Source of the DNA: Chiloscyllium plagiosum
Taxonomy: Eukaryota
Length of the DNA stretch: 64,000 nucleotides
Assembly: GCF_004010195.1 (NCBI RefSeq)
Contig: NC_057719.1
Coordinates: 54,683,971 to 54,747,970 of the forward strand
Direction: 5' to 3'
Position 1 is the stretch's first letter, and each line of letters begins with the position of its first letter. The notes below the pieces were generated by a model. That model searched no databases and had not been told where the DNA came from. It saw nothing but the letters and a program-made list of their open reading frames with translations. Shown here piece after piece: positions 25,261 through 37,040 of the stretch. Both the position numbers and the translations under genes were made by a program.

Positions 25261-26779
25261 AAAAAAATAGGAAAATTAACCCATCGCTTATCTCCTTGAA
25301 GGTTTTGCTACGTTGTTTCTCCAAAGTCATTCAATTTCCAGTAAAAAAAACACGTAAATCACTGTACACGTTAAGCTGTGGATTTCATTTCCAAGAAATA
25401 ACAGGTAAATTCCCTTTTTCATCCAGAAAATAGTGAAATAATTCAAAATCTTCCAGCTTTCCCTAGATAATTCTTAAATCTAAATATATATTCCTAACAT
25501 TTTGCACAGTCAGGTCCTGGTTCCACGTGATCTGACATCACTAACGCATAGCTCGTTATGCATATACTCAGCAACTATTCTCAGATTAAATGTATAGTTA
25601 ATCTCCACTGTGCAGACTCCAGAATGGGAAGTTAATGATCGGCCCCCAAAAGTATTGAACTTTGTTCTGAAAAAGAAGAATTCAATGTAACTTGTGCTGT
25701 ATTAATGTTACTGTATTAAATAATTAAACTTTCGAAAAGCCTTTTCTAAACTTATACAAGATTTCGTACTTCTGTAATTACACATACATATAATGCGAAT
25801 GAAACGTTCCTACTTCTGGCATAGAACTAAGTGATCTCATTAACAGGTGTGAAATACATGCTTGCTTGAATAATTGCAGTTTGTAAAAAAATGACTACTT
25901 AATGAGATTGTTTTAATGCAGAGGCTTTTGTTGCAATGTTTAACATATTTAGTGACAGTATTACCTACTTCATCAATGTCAAAAGGATGCATTAATTTTA
26001 CTGTGGGAATTATCACCAAATAAAGGCTTAATGTGCATTGCTAGCTTTTCAACGAACACATATGGTTAAAGATAGCACTCAAAATTAATGATAGTGGCTG
26101 CAATGTCAATTAAGCTAGAAATTTTCATTTAGAATTCTTTCTTTCAGGCTTACTACTATTCTGTACTGCCAACATCCACATCTATAATCACCAAGTAAAA
26201 TGCATGCTATCAGAGGTAATTATTCACAGTCTGCTACTGAGGCCATGGTTTATAAATCTGGGATAACATTCCTTTTACTAATGGTAAAAAAACACTCAAC
26301 AAGCCATTTGACCCATGTTTGCAGTAAACCCTGTTGAACTGATTGAGAGGGAAACTGATACATTTCACTCAGGGGAAGAGAAATTAAATGGCATGAGGCA
26401 AATGGTTTCCCATTGGAAAAGAAATGTAAGCACACTGCCTTAAACCATTTAGAAATGAAATGAAAGTGGAGATTTTGTTGCAACTAGGCCTAGGTTACTT
26501 TTGGCAGCAGTCTTTTTAAGTTAAACTGCTCAGGACATTCTGGAAGAGTTTCAACTTTCAAGAGTGAATGAGTGAGTTTGGGTGCATGACTTTGGAGAAA
26601 ACAATGCAATCAAGAGCATTGGGAGTCAACAACACAATAAGTTTCGGAGCATTATGTTGTTTAAGGCAACTTTCTTGGAAGAGACAGGTTATCATTAACA
26701 TATGCTAATCTCAATTTGAAGTCAGATTGCAATACATTTTATGATTCATGTTCTAATTGCACATCAGAAAACTCTCACA

Positions 26780-27125
26780 GGACTTGTCAGTACAGATGGA
26801 AGAAGGATAGTCCCCTCTGGCTGAGGCTCCAGAACTAAGGGTACAGTGTAAGAATAACAGTGGGTGCAGTGTAGAAGTAGGCTATTTCAGATGATTTCTT
26901 TCACTTAGGATGTGGGATCCTTCTGCCCCGAAAACTGCGAAGACTCAAAAACCGAATGTGTTTTTGAGATCAATAATGGGACCAATCGCTGGCTAGATAT
27001 TGAGGGCATCAAAAGATGTGGGATAGTGTGAGGTAGATGAAGTTGGGTAGAAGATCAGCTGTGATCCATTTCATTGACAAAGCAGCATGCAGTTGATCTA
27101 TTCCTGCTCTTGTTTCCTGTGTTGC
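26780..27125 (+). mobile_element. Decayed CR1 3' end
   Basis: tccagaactaagggtacag, tttctttcacttaggatgtg, tattcctgctcttgtttcctgtgtt tail. Confidence 0.6.
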
Positions 27126-28329
27126 TGTGTTCAGTTCACTTTCAAATTTATTGGTGCATTTTTAAAATCCTTCTGCAGGATGAGGCTGCAGCGGACTTGA
27201 TCCACATTTGTTGCCAATCATGAAGAAGGTAGTAGTGAGCTGTCTACTTGAACTATTGGCACTGAAGGTTCATTTACATTGCAGCAACTCCATTGCTCCC
27301 ATCAATCCTCTTTGCTATCTCTTCAAAGAAATTGCAACTATCTAATGAAGCACAATTTTCCCTCTGGGCATTCATACTGGTTTTATTTAATTATCCTATA
27401 TTTGTTTATGCGACTATTATTTTTGCCCAGCATTATTGCTGATTTTGATGCCTTTCCAGTTGTATACCTCATGGTGCACAATCCTCTAGTCTTTATAGAG
27501 TATACATTGATGACTAAATCACTGTATCTCGGTCTTAACAATTCTCTTAAGTAAGGTAGGCAAGTTTTTTGTCTTTTAATCTGAATACAAGATGGAGGAG
27601 AGTTGCATTTCGCTTGTACTGATCTAACTTGTATTGGCCTGAAGTGAGTAAGCATAAAGAAGAGAAAGCCATAATCATTTTACAATACATTTCTACATGG
27701 AAAGGAGTTTTGTCAGAATTGTTAAGATTGCCCCAGAGTCAGAAGTCAGCATTGCCATTACCTCAGAACCCAGGTCTGCAGACAGCGCAATCATTACTTG
27801 AATTTGTCATATTAATAAACTGTGAGAGATGTATATGCACTGGAAAATATGTCAGAGTTGCTTCCATGGAAGAGCAGTGTGAAGCCCATGTGCTTTTTTT
27901 AACTGCAGGAAAATAATATCATTTGAGCTGAATCAACTCCACAGTGCTGTCATCATGATGATCTTTTAAATCTGACAGAATAAGACACATGGTGTTGATT
28001 TTCGCTGTTGGTTTGGTGCCAGTGAAAGTGTGGGGAAGAATGGAAATAACTTAAGTAAAAATATAATAATTGATTAAGATTGGGCATCGAGTTTAACTCT
28101 CAATTTAGGGAGTCCCACCCTCATGCTGGCAAGTTCCTGTTAGATGTAGCCTTACTCTGCAAAGGAACAAGATCAGGGCATGTTGTCACACCGAAATGTC
28201 TCTCTGCAGTCCATGTTGCAAATTCCCAGATGCAGTTTGGACTGGCTGGGATAGGAGTTTCACAGCTTGTTAATGGCATTTTGACAGTTTGTGAACTGCT
28301 TCCTGATTTGCATTAATGAATCAATTACA

Positions 28330-28620
28330 TGGTTATAATTTAGAATGAAGCTGCAGTTGAGGCTTTTCAGAGACTTGATGCCCACTAGCTTTGTGAGCAT
28401 TCCCCTTAAGCATGTCATAGGATAAACACCAACTACCATCAGGTCATTTAATCTCCAGTAATCCATGCAAAATTGAGTCACGTTATCCTTATTGGAATGA
28501 ACACCATAGGCAAAACTGTGACGGGCGATTAACCACCAGCTCAAACAACTCCTGCACATTTCTCAGTACATCTCTTTGTATGCTGTATAAATCTGATATG
28601 CATGTTGTGCTGCTGTGATC
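28330..28620 (-). mobile_element. Old Gypsy RT fragment
   Basis: KDNVTQFCMDYWRLNDLMVVGVYPM resembles the Gypsy RT motif KDGSxRFCVDYRxLNxxTxxDxYPMP. Confidence 0.65.
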
Positions 28621-28777
28621 ACTCACAGTTTGTCATGCATATAGAACTCTCTGCATGAGATTCAAAGGTTTAAAACTCGACAGCATCTCCTCAACTTGCT
28701 GTTAAGATGATACTATATATATCATTCTGAAGCATCTGCTGATTGGATTGGAATGTAAGGCAAAGTCTCAATACCAG

Positions 28778-29463
28778 CGCTGTGATGATGTAGGTGTACA
28801 GTACCTTTAAGAAAGTAAAACGTTAGCAGAACTACCTGACAGCACCAAATGTTCGGATTAAGATATAATGTAACCTTTTGGTCCAGCAGTTAATGTAGCT
28901 GGTTGCCCGGAGACAAAAACAAATTTGAATTCAGCCAATCAGTTTAAAATCCCAAAATACAAAATTCCAATCAAGTTTGAATTTAGTATATTGACAACAT
29001 TAAAATCTGATGTTTTGGGGTAAAAGACTGAGGGATATTTAACAGTTGGAGGAGAACTGCTTAGCCAATGACATCTACCCAGAGAATAGCTCTCTTAAAG
29101 GTAGCTTTATCAATCCATGACCTGTGGAGCATAATCCCTAAGAAGAAGAAAAGAAGACACAGAAAGATCAAAATAGAAGATTCGACAGCTGGCTAGTTTT
29201 GATAACTTGAATTTTTGGTAAATCTTAATTTGGGGGTTTTATCAGATTAGTATTATAGAAGGGAAGGTAACAGATAGGTTAGAGGAAGGAGTTGTAAATA
29301 GTTGTTAGTTAATTATTCTCTGTTATACGTTAAGAAATTAAGTTGTTAATTTCACTTTAAATAGTTCTTGGCCTTTTGAATTTTCATAGTTTACTACACA
29401 GGATAAATCTTTTCTGTGTTTCTGGTTTAAATTAAACAGGAGGGTTTACCCCGTGTCATAACA
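28778..29463 (+). repeat. 5' LTR
   Basis: cgctgtgatgatgtaggtgtac...ccgtgtcataaca; aligns with 34475-35148. Confidence 0.9.
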
Positions 29464-29482
29464 CGGGGCTCATCATCGGGAT
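29464..29482 (+). promoter_or_regulatory. Primer-binding site, tRNA-Pro-like (degenerate)
   Basis: cggggctcatcatcgggat immediately after the LTR, resembling TGGGGGCTCGTCCGGGAT. Confidence 0.6.
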
Positions 29483-29643
29483 TTAAACTGGTTTTGGCAG
29501 ATTTGATCTGATTTGGGTGTATGAAAAATCCCAGCAGATTTAAACACCTGCAGGTTAGTGTCCCAGATCTTTAAATAAAACCTAGTTGAGGCAATTTGTT
29601 TACTTTCGGTGACTTGTGGCTGATCAAATTACAAGTGAGAGAA

Positions 29644-30903
29644 ATGGCTCATAAAATTGCTAAAGAGGTTCTGGGATTTGAAGATGATTCTCAAATTTGC
29701 CAGGAAAGTTCAGAAGGAAAGAGAAAGGCTATACTTTTAGAATTAGCAAAGATATTAGATTTTGGTTTAACCAAGGACAAAATTGTAATTGTAAAGCTGA
29801 AATGTAATTGAATTACTCAAACACTTCAGTGTGTCAGACTAACAGGCAAGTGCAGTAGAGGTAGAAAAATAATAAATTACAATTGAGGAAAATTGAGTTA
29901 GAAGATAAGCAAAGAGAGAGGGAGAGAGAAAGAGAAAAAGAGAAGAAAAGAGAGAGAGGAAAAAGGGAGAGAGAGAAATGGTTCTTGGCTGAGTAAAGAG
30001 AGAAAGAAGAAAAGGAGAAAGAAAGAGAGAGAAAAGAAAGAGAGAGAGAGGAAAAAGAAAGAGAGAGAAGGTTCTTAGCTGAGCAAAAAGAGCGAGAATT
30101 TGAACTTGAGAAGTTGCGATTCAGTCAACAAAGTCAGATTAACAGGATGGAGATTAAAAGAGAAGGTAGTCTTATATATAAATATGTCAGAACACTGTCA
30201 CATTTTGATGAGAAAGATGTTGAAGCTTTTGTTATTTCATTCAAAAAATTGGTTAGAAAGATGGAGTGGTCCAAGGGACTTATGGGTAATGCTAGTTCAG
30301 ACTAAATTGGTAGGCAGAGCTAGTGAGGTATTTGCCGCATTGTCAGATGAGATTATGAAGAGGTTAAACAAGCTATTTTATGTGCTTATGAATTAGTAAC
30401 AGAAGCATAAAGACAGTAGTTCAGAAACACAAAGAAGGAACCAGGTCAGATTTACATTGAGTTCGAAATAATTAAACAGTCATTTTGATCGATGGGTGTG
30501 TGCTTTGAAAATAGATAGGATATTTGAGGCTCTAAGAGAGAGTATTCTGCTGGAGGAGTTTAAAAACTCACTTCCAGAGATGGTAAGAATTCATGTGGTG
30601 GAACAGAAAGTTCAGGAAGTGAGAAACCCAGCAGAATTAGTAGATGAGTACATGTTGGTGCATATGACAAGCTTCTGGCCAGAACTTCGTCCTGTGAGGG
30701 ATAGAAGTTGGGAGAAGGGGAGATCCTACACTACGAAACCAAGAGTAGAGAACACTGGTAAGAATTTACCACAGGACAAAAAAGGAGGTCAAGAGGGTGG
30801 GAAGGAGGTGAAAGGCCTCAGGTGTTTCCATTGTGGTAAAGTGGGACACATTAAGTCACAGTGCTGGTTGTTAAAGAAAGTACTGCGGGAAAAGTTGTGG
30901 TAA
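29644..30903 (+). pseudogene. gag: gag: charged coiled-coil, SCAN-like capsid domain, CCHC knuckle
   Basis: E/R/K-rich purine tract 29900-30100; LRESILLEEFKNSLPEMVRIHV; CFHCGKVGHIKSQC. Confidence 0.85.
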
Positions 30904-31029
30904 AAGTTGTGGTAAAAGAAGCTGAGCCAGTGACATGAGTGAAGGGAGTAAAGGAGACCTCAAGAAGATCCGAGGAGCTGCAGGAAAGTGCACAGCCTGG
31001 GTAGGGGCTGTGTATGGAGTTAGTGCCTG

Positions 31030-31340
31030 ATCTCTATAAAGAATTTACCTCTGTGGGTAAAGTTTGCTCAGAAAGAACAGGGCGAGAAGGACACAAAGTA
31101 ATAATTTTGAGTGATGCAGGATCTAACCAGTCACTGAGAGTAAGGGATGTGTAAATATGCACTCTTTCTGATCTGTTAATTTGTGAGATAGATGGACAGA
31201 CATTTAGCCTTCCCCTATGTAAGATCAGGTTGGTGTGCCAGCACAAGACTGGGGAAGTTACAATGGGAGCGATTGACAGAGTGTCAGTTCCAGAATTTCA
31301 GTTTGTTCTTGGGAATGATTTGGCAGGATTCAAGGTGGAG
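31030..31340 (+). pseudogene. Aspartic protease remnant
   Basis: IILSDAGSNQS at 31101-31133 (cf. ILRDTGASQS); ..LGNDLAG at the end. Confidence 0.7.
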
Positions 31341-31465
31341 TGACACCTCTTGCTGTGGAGAAGCCTAAAGAGGACTCAGAAACCGAGGAGTTAAAATAGA
31401 AATATCCTAATATTTTCCCAGACTGTGTTGTAACCACATCCCACTATCATAAGTCGCAGCACGAA

Positions 31466-32840
31466 GTGGAAAGTAAAGAGAAAGATAAAGGCATTGAGGT
31501 TCAGTTAGCAGACACCCTGTTTGACATAATGGTGCAGGAAGGACCTGAACGGGCAGAGGGTCAGACAGACGTGTTTAGTCCTGAAAGGCTAAGAGACTTG
31601 CAACACCAAGACAAGGTGATAAAAGGTATATATGTGAATGTGTATTCCGAAAAGGAGGCAGAAAATATTCCGGAGGGTTATTATCTGAGAGATAATATCC
31701 TAAGACAGAAATGGAGACCACGGCAGGTTAGTGCAGAGGAGAAATGGGCTAAAGTGCACCAGATTGTGTTGCCACTAACATACCGACAGGGGGTGTTACA
31801 GGTAGCACATGAACTACCTGTAGGAGGTCACCTAGGGGTACAAAAGACTCAGGCTAAGGTACAAAAACATTTTTATTGGCCTAGAATGCACAAGGATGTG
31901 GTTAACTTTTGCCATATGTGTCATACATGCCAAATGGTAGGTAAGCCACAGGTGGTAATAAAACCAGCACGTTTGTTGCCAATTCCCACATTGGATGAAC
32001 CTTTCACGAGGGTTATGATTGATTGTGCAGGTCCCCTCACGAGAACAATAAGTGGGAACCAGTATTTGTTAATCATAATGGATGTGTCTACCAGATTTCC
32101 AGAGGCAATTCCATCATGGAGTATCAAGGCAAAAAGGGTAGCAGAGGAGTTAGTAGCTTTCTTCACATGGTCTGGGCTATCCAGAGAGATTCATTTGGAT
32201 CAACGGTCAAATTTTACTGCTAGGTTGTTTAAGGAGGTTCTGGATAGCTTAGATATACCATACTTTAAATCCAGTGCATATCATCCTGAATCCCAGGGAG
32301 CTTTAGAAAAGTAGCATCAGACCTGGAAGACCATGTTGAGCGTATACTGTCAGGATTACCAGAATGATTAGGATAAAGGTATCCCATTTGTATTGTTTGC
32401 CATTAAAGATGCCCTGAACAAATCTACTCAGTTCACTCTCTTTGAGTTAATATTCAGGCATGAAGTGAGAGGCCCTTTGAAATTAATTTTTAAAGAATTG
32501 ACAGGACCAAGGTCTGAGATCTCACAGTTAGAATATGGATCGGAGGTGAGAGAGAGACTAAATTGAGTAGCGAGTTAGCTAAATAGCACCAAAAGGGAGC
32601 ACAGTTATAGAATGAAACAGGTGGCAGATAAAAGTTCTGAGACTCGGACGTTTTCCCGAGGGGATGACATGTTAGTACTGTAACTAGTGATAGGAGATCC
32701 CTTCAAAGCAAGGTTTAGTAGTCCCTATCAAATTGTGAAGAAGTTGAGTCAGGTGAACTATTTAAGTAAAGATGCAAGGTAGAGAAAAAAATTATCGGGT
32801 ATGTCATGTGAACATGTTGAAACCGTATAATACTAGAGAG
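31466..32840 (+). pseudogene. Integrase (HHCC + DDE core)
   Basis: AHELPVGGHLG..CHTCQ, VMIDCAGPL, IHLDQRSNF, SAYHPESQGALE. Confidence 0.9.
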
Positions 32841-33059
32841 AAAGGATTGGAAAAACAGGTGTTAGTTACTGTCGCACAGAGTGAGGAATCAAATCCAGAT
32901 GATGTGGATTTGAGGTGCCTCAAAATAGATTAAAAAATGAAGAAGTCCTTGAGGAGTGGACAGGTCAGTGAGCTATCAGTCTCAGGAGCATAGAGTGCAG
33001 TTGAAAGATTTGCCACTGCAGTATAAGGACATATGTAAGAATTAAATGAGGAGGAATAT

Positions 33060-34290
33060 TGTCCATGAAGGAGGGAATACTGCTCCGATAAAGCAATGCC
33101 CCTAACATCTTAGCCCTTTCAAAGACAGACAGTTCCAGATGGAGGTGAAGGCCACATTTGACAAGTACATCAAGCAAGAGCGAGTGGAGTTCGCCGATTG
33201 TCTTAGTTTCCAAACCAGACGGGACTCAGCGATTCTGCGTGGATTATTAGAAGCTCAACGTTATTACAAAATAAGACTCATATCTAATTCCTAGTTTGAG
33301 GACTATATTGAGAAAGTCGGACAAGCCAGTTACGTCACCAAATTGGACTTAATGCTTTGCTACTGGCTGGTACCTTTATCTGAGAGAAAGAGATTTCTGA
33401 GTTTGTAACCCCAAATGGGCTATACCAGTTTAACATGATGCCCTTTGGAATGAAGAACGCCCCCACCACATTCCAAAGACTCATGAACTGAATTGTGGCT
33501 GGGTTAACAAACTGTGCAGTCTATTTGGACAATGTAGTGATCTTTAGTAAGTCCTGGCAGTTGGCAGAGCTCTTTGAATTACTACGAGAAACAAAACTGG
33601 TGATAAACTTAAATAAAACAGAATTCACAAAAGCAGAGGTGACATACTTGGGACGTAATATCAGTCATGGAAGGTTGACTACACGGAACGCAAAGACGAA
33701 GGCCACCGAGGAATTTCCATGACTAACCTCGAAGAAAAAGGTGCTTCGATTCTTAGGACTCAGCCGATGCTCTCAGAAGTTTGTTCCAAACTTCAGCAGT
33801 GTAGTGGCACTGTTAATCGATTTGCTGAAGAAGAACACAAAGTTTCGGTGGGCAGAACAATGCCAGGAGACATTCGACCATTTGAAATCGATATTAACCA
33901 CTAAACCAGTTTTAGCTACACCAAACCTTTCAAGACCTTTTAAAGTCATTATCTATGCTCGTGACATAGGAGTTGGAGCTGTACTCCTACAGGAAGATGA
34001 GGATGGGATTGAACTGCCAGTTGGTTACTTTTCAAAGAAGATCAACTCCACCATCAAAAAGGAACTATTGAGTTTGGTACTGGCCTTACATTTTAATGTG
34101 TACATCATAAGCAATGTGTTGGAGACAGCTGCGTACACGAAACACAATCCTCTTATATTCTTAGAATGCTTTAAAGACAAGAATATAAGACTATTTCATT
34201 GGAGTCTTATGTTACAGATTTTTAATTTAAAAAATCATACATGTTGCAGGTCATAAGAATGTAATTGCTGAAGCATTGTCGTGGATTTAA
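33060..34290 (+). pseudogene. Reverse transcriptase + RNase H
   Basis: RFCVDY*KLN (~33230), [50 protein letters not shown]. Confidence 0.9.
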
Positions 34291-34463
34291 CTCATAAAGT
34301 TTAGATGAGATTTGTATTTATTTAATGTTTTATCTCTATACAATTATGTGGGAAAAAGTTCAGGTGAACTTAGATTAAAGTTATCTGTATGTTAGGGTAA
34401 TGTGTTTAAAGGTTAGAGAAAATAATGAAACCATCTTTTCATTATGATGGTTCATTTTTTCTT

Positions 34464-34474
34464 AAGGGAGGAGG
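34464..34474 (+). promoter_or_regulatory. Polypurine tract
   Basis: aagggaggagg abutting the TG of the 3' LTR. Confidence 0.85.
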
Positions 34475-35148
34475 TGTTATGAAGATGTAGGTGTACTGTA
34501 CCTTTACGAAAGTCAAAATCTAGCAGAACTACCTGAAAGTACCAAGTGTTCTGAATAAGATATAATGAAACCTTTTGGTCCAGCAGTTAGCGTAGCTGGT
34601 GCCTGGAGACAAAAAACAAATTTGAATTCGGCCAATCAGTTTAAACTATACTCCAAAATACCAATATTAAAAGACAATGAAACAATCCAATGCTTTGGGA
34701 GTATAAAACCAGGGAAAATTTAATAATTGGGAGGAGAACTGCCAATCCAACAACATCTGCAGACTGCCCAGAGAATAGCTCTTTCAAAGGTACTTTTGTC
34801 AATCTGTGACCTGTGAAGCATAATCCTTAAGAAGAAGAAAAGAAGACACTAAAAGATCCAAAAAGCTTTGACAGCTGGCTGGTTTGAAAACTTAAATTTT
34901 TGGTAAATCTTCATCCGGGGTTTTAGCAGACTAGTATTATAGAAGGGAAGATAAACGATAGGTGACAGGAATGAGTTGTAAATAGTTGTTAGTTAATTAT
35001 CTTATGTGATACTTTAAGAAATAATGTTGTTTATTTTCACTTTAGACAGTACTTGGCCTCTCAATTTTGCACAGATTACTGCATGGGATAAATCTTTTCT
35101 GTTTTGATGGTTTAAATTAAGCAGGACAGTTTACTCTGTGCCTTAACA
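34475..35148 (+). repeat. 3' LTR
   Basis: tgttatgaagatgtaggtgtac...gtgccttaaca. Confidence 0.9.
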
Positions 35149-36169
35149 CCAGGGTCCCAATATAATATTGATATTTATGTTCAGCCTTATAAGGCATTGA
35201 CCTTCTGATTGCTCCTGTGAAAGAATGCATGGCAGAGTTAGGACATAACGTAGGGTCATAACATAAGGACAATACATCTAATAACAATAGGGGTACTTCA
35301 TAGATATCTGGGTGAATTGCAATTCAGCTGGTATACAGGTCATGGACATGTGAGAAACTTGAAATATTGGGGTCTTGGTTTAAATTCCACAGTGATGTGG
35401 TTAGATCACATTTACCAATGAACCTTGATGTGAAATTATCACAATTATCCAGATGCTATAAATGTTAATCTTATGGAGGTGACCTTCCACTTTCATGCCA
35501 AACACTTAATATTTCCTGAACAACATGTAATTTTCCAGAAAGCCCAATTCTATTCTGGACTAATTGTGACGACTGTATATATGGAATGCACTCCTAGCCG
35601 CAACTTGAGAATAGATTTATCTTTGGATAATTGCTTCCTCATCTCCAATGTTGTTCCACCGTGATTTTGTACAGTACCATTTTATCAGTGTTCTTGTGCA
35701 CTGTGTTCAATTCTCAGCAGATACAGGGGTTACAATGTGTAATATTTTTCCCCAGTCCAGTTAAGCCAGCAGCATGCAAACATGGAGTTACCTGCTTGTC
35801 AACGTGATTGTAGTGTGAAGCTCAGCACGTACGAGCTGCTGACTGGCTCTGTGCTCAGCAAGAGACTAAAAAGCATATGTGATTATAGTACCATTTACAG
35901 CCAGCCTTCAATTAAAATTAGCCTGTCCCTCTTACATGGTAGGTACACAGTCTTTAAAATGCTTTGATGGACAGAAAAAGTGATTGGCAACGCAGAAACA
36001 GGTGAGAGATTGTTTCTGTATGTTGTGCTAGAGGCCATAATCAAGGAGGGGGACAGGACAAAGAGGTTATGTTTCTGTAGAGAAGGAAATAGACACAGGT
36101 GAATAGGGAGGTGAATTTCTAGAATGCATCCTTGAGGAACTGGCTACAACAACAGAAGAATTTCACATG

Positions 36170-37040
36170 TGTGGTCAAGATGACACAAAGTCAGGCAGCA
36201 TTATAGACAGAGTGGGTGATAGTGTAAAATTACAAAGGGTGAAAATGTGGCAGATGGAGTTGAGTATACTCAAGTGTGAGGTTATCCATTTTGAACCAAT
36301 AAAGGATAGATCAGGGTACATTCTAGATTGTATGAAGCTGAACACAATGGGCATCTAAACAGACTTAACAGTTCAGTTGCATAGCTCTTTATAATATCAC
36401 AAGCAAGTGCTAATGGAATGCTGGCCTGGTGGACTGGAGTTTAAGGATGCAGAATTAATGGTGCAGTTATACAAAACCCTGGTTAGTTTCCACTGGAATA
36501 CTGTGAGCCAATCTGGTTGCAACAGATTATGAAGGATATATTGGCCTTGGATGAAGTACAATGCTTGTTTACAAGAATGATGCCTAGACTTCAGGGGTTA
36601 AATTATGAGGAAAAGTTATACAAATTAAGTCTGTTTTCTATAAAATTTAGTAGGCTAAGGAGTAGTCTGATCAATGACTTCAAGATATTAACAAATACAG
36701 ATCAGGTAGATAAAGATAAACTATTTTCACTGACTTGGTATTCTAGAACTAGGGGGCACAGTTGAAAAAACAGGCACAGACCATCCAGGAGAGGTGTTAG
36801 GAAGCACTTCTACACACAAAGGGTGGTAGATGTTTGAAACTCTCTTCCCAAGTGGCAGTGGATGCAGGATCAGTTGTTAATTTTAAATCTGAGAGAGATC
36901 ATCTTCTAGGGATATGGGCCAAAGGCAGGTATATAGAATTAGGCCACATATCAGCGATGATCTCAATGAATGGTAGAAGAACCTCAAGGCTTTGAATAAC
37001 CTATGTGTGTTTCAATGTTCCCATGTCCCTACATTCCTAA
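36170..37040 (+). mobile_element. CR1 LINE 3' fragment
   Basis: DDTKSG, WQMELSILKCEVIHF, FTRMMPRLQGLNYEEKL, SRTRGHS, then 3' UTR. Confidence 0.9.

Larger units (their letters stand above)
28778..35148 (+). mobile_element. Full-length, inactivated Ty3/Gypsy LTR retrotransposon of the Gmr1 clade
   Basis: Two ~680-bp LTRs, TSD ccag (28774-28777 and 35149-35152), PBS, PPT, domain order gag-PR-IN-RT-RH; many stops and frameshifts. Confidence 0.95.
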
